From NCBI GenBank assembly GCA_021792455.1, contig JAJYUP010000003.1:5669-69668 (forward strand): a stretch of DNA of 64,000 nt, given 5' to 3'. The first letter of the stretch is position 1; every line of letters begins with the position of its first letter. Below are positions 23,114 to 31,042 of the stretch, piece after piece. The DNA is from Actinomycetes bacterium (GTDB lineage Bacteria > Actinomycetota > Thermoleophilia > Solirubrobacterales > Solirubrobacteraceae). Below the pieces are notes generated by a model. The model was not told the origin of the DNA and did not search any database. It was given only the letters and a program-made list of their open reading frames with translations. The position numbers and the translations under genes are program-made.

Positions 23114-23599
23114 ATGGCGAAGGGCAAGGGCAACAAGCGCAAGGTCCGCGCGGGCGACGTGGCCTCCAACCGCTACGCCTCCTACAGATACGAGCTGCTC
23201 GAGCGCCTGGAGTGCGGGCTCGAGCTGCAGGGCACGGAGGTGAAGGCGCTGAGAGAGAGCGGCGCTCAGCTGAAGGACGCCTATGCGACGGTGAGGGGTG
23301 GCGAGCTGTGGCTGCACGGCGTGCACATCCCGCCCTACAGGCCCGCCGCGCGCGAGAATCACGACCCTGACCGTGCCCGACGGCTGCTCGCTCACCGCAG
23401 TGAGATCGACAGGATCGGCAGCCTCGCTTCGCAGCGCGGCCTGACGCTCGTGCCGACGAGGATCTACTTCTCAGGGCCGAGGGCGAAGGTGGAGATCGCC
23501 CTCGCGCGCGGCAAGGACCTCTACGACAAGCGCGAGGCGATGAAGGAGCGCGAGTCGCGGCGCGAGATGGAACGGGCGCTTCGGGAAGCGCGCCGCTGA
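23114..23599 (+). CDS. smpB: SsrA-binding protein
   Basis: GLELQGTEVKALR, RRLLAHRSEI, LARGKDLYDKR. Confidence 0.97.
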   Translation: MAKGKGNKRKVRAGDVASNRYASYRYELLERLECGLELQGTEVKALRESGAQLKDAYATVRGGELWLHGVHIPPYRPAARENHDPDRARRLLAHRSEIDRIGSLASQRGLTLVPTRIYFSGPRAKVEIALARGKDLYDKREAMKERESRREMERALREARR

Positions 23600-23642
23600 C
23601 CTCGCGAGGCGAGCAGGCGGCGCTCCTGCGCACCGTCGTCGC

Positions 23643-24539
23643 TCAGGTGATCGCGCGCGACACGAAGGAGGCGTCCATGCCAGCGGCGAGCAGAGCGATC
23701 AAGGAGATGTAGACGACGCCGACGAGCATCCTCGTCCTCGCGGGAACCCTGTAGTAGGCGGCGCTCTGCAGGGTGCGCGAGCGTCGGTGCTGCCAGCGGC
23801 GCCACAGCTCGAAGCCGGCGAACAGGATGATGAGCAGGAGGAACGGGTTCGGGAACACGATCGCGGCGGCGATGATCGCTCCAAATCCGAGAAACCAGAG
23901 GCCCGGCGCCATCGCCGCCATCGCCCTGCCCCCGTCGAGCGGCACGACGGGGATGAGGTTGAACAGGTTGATGAGGAAGCCGACGTAGGCGAGGCCGAGC
24001 AGCAGCCCGCTGCCAGTCACCTCGCCGATCGCCAAGCAGAGGCCGGCTCCGGCGCTCCCGAGGATCGGGCCTGCAAGCCCTACGCGCGCCTCCGCTGCCG
24101 CGCTGTCGCCGAGCGAGCGCGAGGCGATCACCGCGCCGAGGAACGGTATGAACGTCGGCGCGCTCGCGGAGATGCCCTCGCGGCGAAGCTGGATGACGTG
24201 GCCGATCTCGTGGATGAAGAGCAGGGCGACGAAGCCGATCGCAAAGCTCCAGCCCCAAAGCATCGCGTAGGCGGCGATCGACACGAGAGCCGTCCCCGCG
24301 GTGAGCAGGAGCTTCAGGTTCGGCAGAAGCAGCAGCAGCGCCTTCAGCTGCGCGGCGAACTTCGCGGCGAGCGCGCCGGCACCGGCGAGCGCGCTTCCCA
24401 CCCGGCGCCGGAAGGACCGCGAGGCCGTGCGTTCGCCTGACGGCTGCGCATGAACGTCGAGGGCCGCGCTGAGGGGCTCCTGCTCTGTGTGCGTCTGGGA
24501 TTGAAGCGCTGTTTCAGGCCAGATGAGTCGAGGCTCCAT
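23643..24539 (-). CDS. Site-2 protease family (M50) membrane metalloprotease
   Basis: HEIGH (HExxH) and NLIPVVPLDGG motifs, multiple TM segments; start uncertain. Confidence 0.9.
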   Translation of the reverse strand: MEPRLIWPETALQSQTHTEQEPLSAALDVHAQPSGERTASRSFRRRVGSALAGAGALAAKFAAQLKALLLLLPNLKLLLTAGTALVSIAAYAMLWGWSFAIGFVALLFIHEIGHVIQLRREGISASAPTFIPFLGAVIASRSLGDSAAAEARVGLAGPILGSAGAGLCLAIGEVTGSGLLLGLAYVGFLINLFNLIPVVPLDGGRAMAAMAPGLWFLGFGAIIAAAIVFPNPFLLLIILFAGFELWRRWQHRRSRTLQSAAYYRVPARTRMLVGVVYISLIALLAAGMDASFVSRAIT

Positions 24540-24676
24540 GGGATCATTCTGACAGCAGCTCGAAGGGCTCCAGGTCGCTGCTTCTCGCTCGTGAATGCCG
24601 CGAAGCCTCCCGCTGCTGTTGGGCACAATCCCTCCCACCTGCGTCTGGCATGGACCGCGCACTGGCGGAGGGCCTG

Positions 24677-24705
24677 TTGTCGACCTCCTCACCTGTCGCT
24701 ACAAT
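24677..24705 (+). promoter_or_regulatory. Sigma-70-type promoter of ssrA
   Basis: TTGTCG-17 bp-TACAAT, ending 19 nt before the mature tmRNA 5' end. Confidence 0.7.
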
Positions 24706-24724
24706 CGGTTCGAACACACTGAAC

Positions 24725-25086
24725 GGGGACGACAGGCTTCGACGCGGTTGGATTCGTTGGTGTGGTTGCGAGTCGAGGTCCCAGGAGGCCTCGTAAAACA
24801 CCTGGGAAAACAATAAGTGCGGACTCTCACGAGTACGCCCTCGCTGCCTGATTAGAAACCAGGCATGAGGTCTCGGGCTTCGCTCGCCTGCGGCGGAGGC
24901 ACCCGGGATCAGACAGCAGGCTCACCCAGCGAGGTCCGCTTCCGCCGAGCTGGGAACATCTCAGGAAGCTGGCTCTGCGCAACCCAGCCGGCTAGGCGAG
25001 CGCAGGGCGAGATCAGAGAGCCGGCTACGCTCGTAGAAGCCATGCTGACGCAGCCGCGGACGCGGGTTCAATTCCCGCCGTCTCCA
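24725..25086 (+). ncRNA. ssrA: Transfer-messenger RNA; tag reading frame ADSHEYALAA at 24819-24851
   Basis: 5' GGGGACG pairs with 3' CGTCTCC-A (G-U alanine identity pair); T-arm GCGGGTTCAATTCCCGC; ATAAGT before the resume codon; tag ends ALAA-stop; close to smpB; full CCA not encoded. Confidence 0.97.
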
Positions 25087-25097
25087 CTGGACCAGTT

Positions 25098-25140
25098 AGA
25101 CGCTTCAGTTTCCAAATAAGGGAACTGGGGCGTCTTTCTC
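25098..25140 (+). terminator. Probable intrinsic terminator after ssrA
   Basis: AGACGCTTCAGTTTCC / GGGAACTGGGGCGTCT stem with G-U pairs, followed by a short T-rich run. Confidence 0.65.
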
Positions 25141-25242
25141 GTTGCGGCGGGCTCCGGGGCGGTGTGAGGGAGCCGCCGGCGCCGCTGCGCAACGGTAAAG
25201 AACGGTAAAACGGCCCCAACCGGCAGCAAGGCCGCCCGTGGG

Positions 25243-25900
25243 TCATCCCCGGGGCAGCCGGCGTGCTGTCAGCTCGTGGTCGTGGCGGCGGTCGTCGCCG
25301 CCGCCCGGCCGGAACGGGAAGACCGGTGCCGTGCCGTTGGTCGTGCACTTGTTGAACGCGGAGACGATGGAGAGCCCCTTGTCGCCGATGGCCGTCTGCG
25401 GTGTGGCGCCGATGAGCTCGCACACGAGGTCGCACTGGCGCTCGAAGATGGTGTGCTCGCGGAGGCTGGCGCTCGCGACGATGGGGATGACCCCGCCGGT
25501 GAAGTGTCAGATGGCCTTGCCGTTGTAGTAGCCGTGCCAGAAGCGCTTGGCACCGCGCGGGCCCATGTAGGCGCGGATGCCGGCGCCGAGGTCGAGCGTG
25601 CAGTACCAGCAGCCGCCGACCTTCACGCACTTGACCTGCCGGCTGCCGCGCCGGGTGAGCTGGACGGTGTCGGGTGCGTGCGCCTCGCTCTCGCGCTCGA
25701 CGATCTCGGGGTCAAGGCCGCCGAGCTGGTGGCGCTCCTCGCGGAAGGCCTTGGTGTCCTGGCGCTGCGGGCGGCGCCCGGCGCCAGCGCGGCCGCGACC
25801 GGACGCGTGGCCCTGGCGGCGCATCGGGGAAGCGCTCGGCCTGCCGTGGGCGACGGTCTGGAGGCTGGCGTTCAGGGAAGGGCGCGCGCGCAGGTCATCG
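25243..25900 (-). pseudogene. DDE transposase remnant (IS4/IS5/IS1182-like) with internal TGA at 25509-25507
   Basis: Reading through the stop gives KRFWHGYYNGKAI*HFTGGVIPIVASAS...PQTAIGDKGLS, matching the wfGYK..D..G and aDkGy transposase motifs; truncated. Confidence 0.6.
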
Positions 25901-26126
25901 CCCTGGGGGCGGCGCAGGCGCGGATCGTTGGGGGCGGGTAGAGCCAACCAACCCAACGCTGAGACAAGCGCCGCGTCGCAGTGTCATCCAAGTGGCGCTC
26001 TGAGGCGTCACGCCAGTCGCGCGAGTTGCGGCGTGTGGGTGGTCATCTGAGGGTCATTTCGCCAGCGGCATACTCAGGAGCGTGGCGCTCACGCCCAAGT
26101 CGCGACATGCCGATAGTCTTGTGCTG

Positions 26127-26158
26127 GTTCGCAAGATGTGCTATTAGTTCTTGCGAAC
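26127..26158. promoter_or_regulatory. Inverted-repeat operator upstream of the TA operon
   Basis: GTTCGCAAGA-N12-TCTTGCGAAC, a perfect 10-bp IR around an AT-rich -10-like TGCTATTAGT. Confidence 0.6.
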
Positions 26159-26196
26159 TCCTGGCAATGAGCGCAGCTCGCGCCTAGAACGGAGAC

Positions 26197-26727
26197 ATGG
26201 CCATGCACGCCTCCAGCACCATTTACCAGCCTTCCGACCTCAATCGTCGCGGACGGGCCATCTTGGACGCGGCTCGGGCCGGCCTTGCTCGCATCCGTGA
26301 CGCCGATGGAGCAGGCCTCGTCCTGACGCGCGAAGAGGAGTTCGAGGCCATGCGTGGCCGGCTTGCGGACATGGAGGATCTCACTGAAGCCATGGCGAGC
26401 TTCATCATCCTCGACCGAGCCGTAGGCCATGAACATCGTGAGCCCTCCCTAGTGGAGCTCGGCCCTTGGACGTGGGTCCGACACCTTCCCAAGGAAGACG
26501 CGATGGCGTTCATCACCGACATCGGAGAGGCGCTCTACGAGGGCTGCCGTGCCATGTCAACGGCACCGCTTGTCGCCGCTGTCGATGACTGGAAAGCCAC
26601 TGCTGAGGCTCTCAGCGACTCGCTAGCGCGCGAAACCCTCCTCGGTGACAACTCCGCGAGCGACTACACCGAGGTCGAACGTCCCGAAAGCGCGGTCGCC
26701 ACGGGCGTCGCTGCGACCGCCTGCTGA
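26197..26727 (+). CDS. Phd/YefM-like antitoxin with actinobacterial helical C-terminal domain (DUF6247-like)
   Basis: SDLNRRGRAILDAA...IRDADGAGLVLTREEEF Phd-type N-terminus; WVRHLP...WKATAEALSD C-terminus; GGAG SD. Confidence 0.65.
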   Translation: MAMHASSTIYQPSDLNRRGRAILDAARAGLARIRDADGAGLVLTREEEFEAMRGRLADMEDLTEAMASFIILDRAVGHEHREPSLVELGPWTWVRHLPKEDAMAFITDIGEALYEGCRAMSTAPLVAAVDDWKATAEALSDSLARETLLGDNSASDYTEVERPESAVATGVAATAC

Positions 26728-26783
26728 CGGCATCCCGGGTGTGAAACCCGGCATCTGTCTCACAGCTCTGCTTGTATCGCTGC

Positions 26784-27200
26784 ATGGTCCCTCCACCGGA
26801 AAGTGGTGGCGCTGCCACGAGCGCCTGCAAGCCGTACACGAATACCCGCCGTCCAGGAGGCAAGCCCGACTACGGGCCTCGCTTCCGCGTCCTCGTTCAC
26901 AACCGGCATCAGGGCCGGTGGAGCGAGCTCGGAGAGCGCATTGGCTTGGACCAGGCTCAGCGCTTCTACGACCATGTCGCACAGCACCCAGGCGAACCCG
27001 CCGGTGGCATCAAAATGAATGTTCTGCGTGGCAAGGCCGGGAATCCCGACGAGGATGGCTTCTCGCGAACCATCCACTGGCGGGTCCCCGGAAGGGCCGC
27101 TCGGCTCGACTACCAGTACAACGCGAAGTACACAGGCGGCAGCGACGGCGACGAGCATGGCGTAGTCCGCGTGGTTGCCATCGCGTTCAGTAGTCACTGA
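26784..27200 (+). CDS. Putative RelE/ParE-fold toxin
   Basis: Small ORF after the antitoxin; helix pair followed by LRG, HWRV..ARLDYQY..VVRVVAI, ending in H. Confidence 0.5.
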   Translation: MVPPPESGGAATSACKPYTNTRRPGGKPDYGPRFRVLVHNRHQGRWSELGERIGLDQAQRFYDHVAQHPGEPAGGIKMNVLRGKAGNPDEDGFSRTIHWRVPGRAARLDYQYNAKYTGGSDGDEHGVVRVVAIAFSSH

Positions 27201-27277
27201 GATGGCGAAGGCAAGGCATCCGGGGCCGGGCCTGGGCGCGACGCGCGGCTCCGCAGCGGCTTTGCCCGTTGCGTCTG

Positions 27278-28006
27278 TCACTCTGTGGGAAAGTCGGCCT
27301 CCACGCGCAGTGGCCGCTCCGGCTCGCGCAGGACGCGGACCTGGCACGTGACCGGGAAGCCCGCGGCGTGCGCCTCCTCCAGCCGCCGGTAGCTCCGACC
27401 GGACAGCACGCCGAGTTCGCGTCCGTCGAGTACGACCGCCCAACGCCCGTCGCGAAGGACAAGCTCGGCGGTCCGCACGACCCGCTTGGACATCGCGCGG
27501 TGACCGAGGATGACGTCGTCGAGGTAGGCGACGACCTCGTCGCTGAGGTCGAGCCGCTCGCCGAGCGTGGGAGGCAGGAACGGGTCGTCCTCCGCCCGCT
27601 CGCACGGCTTGCCGCAGAGCCACACGTCCACGTACTCGCCGACGTCGACGTCGAGCATGGCCCGGCAGGTGGCGGGCTGGCCGGCGGCGTCGAGACGGTG
27701 GATGACCTCCCGGAACTCGTCCGCCAGCTCGTGGGGGACGGACCCGAGCTGCGCGCCGCCGACGTACACCCGCACCGCGCCGGCGTACTGCCCCTCCTCC
27801 TCGATGCGCAGCTCCGCCATCACGAGGCGGCCGTGCCGGGCGGCGATCGCTCGGAGAGCGTCCTTGTGATAGCTCACGCCGGCGGTCTTGATTTGAGCGC
27901 TTCCGCTGTAGGTGAGCGTCTGCCATGCCAGCCAGCTGGCGTCCGCCCACGGCCGCGCCGGCGCCAGCGTCGGCGCCTTGGTCCGTCGACGTCTGAGGAA
28001 CCTCAT
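27278..28006 (-). CDS. Protein with tandem HIRAN-like domains
   Basis: AGVSYHKDALRAI..AELRIE..AVRVYVGGAQLGSVP..ATCRAML, then a second TAELVL..WAVVLDGRELGVL..VTCQVRV unit. Confidence 0.6.
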   Translation of the reverse strand: MRFLRRRRTKAPTLAPARPWADASWLAWQTLTYSGSAQIKTAGVSYHKDALRAIAARHGRLVMAELRIEEEGQYAGAVRVYVGGAQLGSVPHELADEFREVIHRLDAAGQPATCRAMLDVDVGEYVDVWLCGKPCERAEDDPFLPPTLGERLDLSDEVVAYLDDVILGHRAMSKRVVRTAELVLRDGRWAVVLDGRELGVLSGRSYRRLEEAHAAGFPVTCQVRVLREPERPLRVEADFPTE

Positions 28007-28299
28007 CCTTGGGCAATCCTATCCGCCGTCGCGGACGATCGCGGTCGGCGTGAGGCGGAGTTGGCCGGAGTTGCGCTCGGTCCATCCAGAGTCGAACACA
28101 AGCCGCCGGGCAGACGAACAAACGTGCCGCCACAGGGCCTGCAAAGCCGGCCGCTGCGCATTGGAAACTGTTCCACTGAGGGGTGGGAGACGCCGGCCGT
28201 TCCCGCGTGAGCGAGCTCAGCCGGGTTTGATGCTGCAAGTTCCGATGCGGTTCGCGGGCCGAGAAGGAGCCGCGAGCTTCCGCGGCGAACTCGCCTGAG

Positions 28300-28866
28300 A
28301 TGGGAATGGACAGCGCGCGGCTGTCTCGCCGCGCAAGGCAGCCGGGGCATGACCGCACGTTCCTCACCTCGGAGCGCAACTTTGTTGAGGCGGCCCGACG
28401 CTGTCTCGACCCGGCGCGCTATGCGGTGGACGCCAAGCCCCGGGATCTTCTGGGGTGCTTCGGAACGGAGATCGGGGCCCGGGCGCTTGGTCTCCGGCCA
28501 GAGGCATCCATCACGTCCAATGAGACGGGGCGGAAGTTCTTCGTGGAGGTCAAGAAGCAGGGGCCGCATGGCAACGCCGAGGAACGCGGCTTCGAGCACC
28601 ACACAGTCCAGTTCTATCGGCTGATGCACGAGCTCTACGGCTACGATTACCACCCGTACGTGACCATGTGGTGCGAGAGCTTGGCCGTCCTGCCGCGCTG
28701 CACGCGAGAGGCGGTGCATCTGATGGAGCCAGACCAATACTTCCTCTGGAAGGACTACGAGTTGGGGCCACTGTGCGAGTATCTGCGCGCCCGCTGCGTG
28801 GCTTGGCTGGACGACCAGAAGAGCGCCTGCTGCACGTCCGCGGTGTCTGTGGGCGCAAGTCCGTGA
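28300..28866 (+). CDS. MunI-family type II restriction endonuclease (PD-(D/E)xK fold, PE..EVK variant)
   Basis: GLRPEASITSNETGRKFFVEVKKQG..GNAEER and YFLWK parallel the recalled MunI GVSPDFAIENTETHKILFGEIKRQ..GNAHER and YFMWR. Confidence 0.7.
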   Translation: MGMDSARLSRRARQPGHDRTFLTSERNFVEAARRCLDPARYAVDAKPRDLLGCFGTEIGARALGLRPEASITSNETGRKFFVEVKKQGPHGNAEERGFEHHTVQFYRLMHELYGYDYHPYVTMWCESLAVLPRCTREAVHLMEPDQYFLWKDYELGPLCEYLRARCVAWLDDQKSACCTSAVSVGASP

Positions 28867-29891
28867 ACCGCGGCGTCGAGCGCCGCCTGATCCGGACCGA
28901 CGACGAAGAGCAGCTCCCTGTTGCGCAGGTGTGAGACCTGCCCGACCTTCTCACCGCTCGGGTTGAAGATGCCGATCTGGGCGCCGACGTAGCGCTTGAA
29001 GTCGATCGCGACCGACCAGAGGCAGCCCTTCTCCGAGAGCAGTGCGGCGACGTCGTCTGGGTCGTGGAAGCCCTCGTTGTTGAACGAGACGATCATCCAC
29101 GGCGTCGGCAGGCGCTCGATGAGGCTGCTGAAAGCCTGCCAGGCGCTGCGCCTGAGGTTGTAGGCGCTCTTGGTCGTCTTGCAGTCGACGCGCTTGCACG
29201 CGACCCCATAGTGCTCCGGGGCGTCCCAGCGCATCAGCGTTTCCCAGATGTGGTAGTTCGAGAAGTAGGAGTGCTGGTTGTACGGGGGATCGAGATACGC
29301 GCAGTCGAAGTCGCCGAGGCTGCCGACGAGCTCGTTGGCGTCCCGCCGAGACACGGTGCCAGCAGGACCGGGCACAGGCTTAGGCTCACGCAGTTCGAGG
29401 TCGTTGAAAGAACGGGCCGCCCATCTCTTCAAGTAGGCCATCTGCAGCCCACACGTCGAGTCGACACGGTCTGCAGCCTCCATCAGGCTCGTGAGCAGGA
29501 CACCCCGCTCGACGGGCGACAGGTCGAGGCGCTCGATCTCGTTGCGGATGGCATCGACACGCATGCCGTTGTGCGGCTGAAAGAACCGCGACTGGATGCA
29601 GAAGGTCTCGGTGAAGTAGCCGTGCTCTGGGGGCAGCCCGCTCAGGTGGTCGAGCAGCTCGCGGATGCGGGCGCGATCGAGGGTCTCGTCTGCGGCGATG
29701 TACGCGAAGCCGAGGGCTTCGCTGTAGGCGGCGAGGTCGTTGCAGTGCACGCTGAGACCGGCCCGGCGAAGACCCTGGCTGACGCGCGTGGTCCCGGCGA
29801 AGAGGTCGCAGACGGTCCGGACGGGCAGCTGCCGCGCGAGCTTCTCGATGACTGGCACGAGCACCCGCTTGGAACCGATGTACTTGACCAC
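28755..29891 (-). CDS. DNA adenine (m6A) methyltransferase, D12/alpha class (M.NlaIII/FokI-like)
   Basis: KYIGSK, CDLFAGT (motif I), NDL, YLDPPYN (motif IV), SNYHIWET. Confidence 0.92.
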   Translation of the reverse strand: MVKYIGSKRVLVPVIEKLARQLPVRTVCDLFAGTTRVSQGLRRAGLSVHCNDLAAYSEALGFAYIAADETLDRARIRELLDHLSGLPPEHGYFTETFCIQSRFFQPHNGMRVDAIRNEIERLDLSPVERGVLLTSLMEAADRVDSTCGLQMAYLKRWAARSFNDLELREPKPVPGPAGTVSRRDANELVGSLGDFDCAYLDPPYNQHSYFSNYHIWETLMRWDAPEHYGVACKRVDCKTTKSAYNLRRSAWQAFSSLIERLPTPWMIVSFNNEGFHDPDDVAALLSEKGCLWSVAIDFKRYVGAQIGIFNPSGEKVGQVSHLRNRELLFVVGPDQAALDAAVHGLAPTDTADVQQALFWSSSQATQRARRYSHSGPNS

Positions 29892-30090
29892 GGCGGCAGC
29901 CTACGCGCGGGGTCGGATGGCGCGGCGAGCTCCTCGGCCGCAGCCGACGGGCTTCTCGTGACGAGACAGGTCGGCGAGGATGCTCTGCTGCACCGAGCCG
30001 CCTGCTCGGTTCGACCTCCGCGAAGATCAGCCATGAGCGGCTCGGCGGCGCGCGCTACGATCGAGCTCGGATGCTGTTCTCAGGGGCGCA

Positions 30091-30306
30091 ATGATCGTCG
30101 CCTGGATCTTCCCGTTCGTATTGGCGATCGCGATCCTGTGCATCGCGGCGGTGGTGCTCTGCCTGATCCTGCCGCTGCTCCGTCTCTACCGCCGCGCTTT
30201 CGAGGTGCTTCGCCATCGCCGGGTGCTCGTGAAGCCCACCTCCGATTGGTGGCCTGAGTTCGAGCGAGATCTTCGTCGCTGGATCGACCGCGCCTCGAGC
30301 CGCTGA
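30091..30306 (+). CDS. Small membrane protein, hypothetical
   Basis: Hydrophobic N-terminal helix, basic/aromatic tail WWPEFERDLRRW; AGGGG SD. Confidence 0.5.
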   Translation: MIVAWIFPFVLAIAILCIAAVVLCLILPLLRLYRRAFEVLRHRRVLVKPTSDWWPEFERDLRRWIDRASSR

Positions 30307-30388
30307 GCGGCTGGTCGCTCTGCGGCTCGTGTGCGAGGTGCGGCCCTGTTCAGGATCCCCGTGGCCCCGGGCTCGGCGGCTGGTTGCG

Positions 30389-31042
30389 CTACCGCTTGTG
30401 AGCGAGAAGCAGGAATCCGCTCTTGCCTGGGGCGCGGATGTCGATGCGCGCAAAGCCGCTGTCGCGCATCAGCGCCTCGAGGCCTCGACGACTGTAGTTG
30501 AAGATCGGGCAGTCGCCGATGACTTCGTAGCGGATCTTGCGGATCGGGCCCTTCAGGGGCGACCAGGCAGGAAACGAGCCGACGAGGCATCCGCGGGGCG
30601 CGGTGAGCTCGAAGATCCGCTTCGTGAACGGGCGAGGGTCTGGGAGATAGTCGAACAGGCCGAGCGCAAGCACGACGTCGAACTCTCCCTCGAGCGGGCA
30701 GGCGAGGAAGTCTCCGAGGATCAGCTGGGTGCGGTCGTGGAAGCGCTGCAGCCGGGCACGGGCGAGCTCGATCATCGGCTCGGAGAAGTCGATCCCGACG
30801 TAGTGGGAGCTCCCCGCCTCCAACGCGAGCTCGCCGATGCGCCCCGATCCGCAGCCCACGTCGAGCACTCTCGCGCCAGGAAAGGCTTCGATCGTCTCGA
30901 TCGCAAGCGATCTGCGCCGAAACAGCCCAGGCCTCAGCAGACGCGCAAGCGGGCGCTCATCCTCATAGAGGTCGTCGAAGGCCTTCGCCTTCGTTCGGAA
31001 GCGCTCCTGGACGCGCGCATCTGCTGGCCTCGAGCTCGGCAT
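30389..31042 (-). CDS. Class I SAM-dependent methyltransferase
   Basis: VLDVGCGSG, GIDFSEPM, FDVVLALGLFDY; start placed at ATG 31042. Confidence 0.88.
   Translation of the reverse strand: MPSSRPADARVQERFRTKAKAFDDLYEDERPLARLLRPGLFRRRSLAIETIEAFPGARVLDVGCGSGRIGELALEAGSSHYVGIDFSEPMIELARARLQRFHDRTQLILGDFLACPLEGEFDVVLALGLFDYLPDPRPFTKRIFELTAPRGCLVGSFPAWSPLKGPIRKIRYEVIGDCPIFNYSRRGLEALMRDSGFARIDIRAPGKSGFLLLAHKR

Larger units (their letters stand above)
25141..29950. mobile_element. Accessory/defence islet immediately 3' of ssrA; no integrase visible; right boundary approximate
   Basis: Located at a known integration hotspot; carries a transposase remnant, TA pair, HIRAN-like gene and R-M genes. Confidence 0.6.

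Noticed and set aside
25507-25509. Selenocysteine or programmed read-through at the TGA in the transposase-like frame
   Set aside because: No SECIS-like support, and the element is truncated; simple pseudogenisation is more likely.
28114-28127. SOS-like box CGAACAAACGTGCC near the HIRAN-like gene
   Set aside because: The right half-site has two mismatches; could be chance.
30004-30022. Possible attR copy of the tmRNA 3' end (GGTTCGACCTCCGC)
   Set aside because: Too many mismatches to GGTTCAATTCCCGCCGTCTCCA to support.
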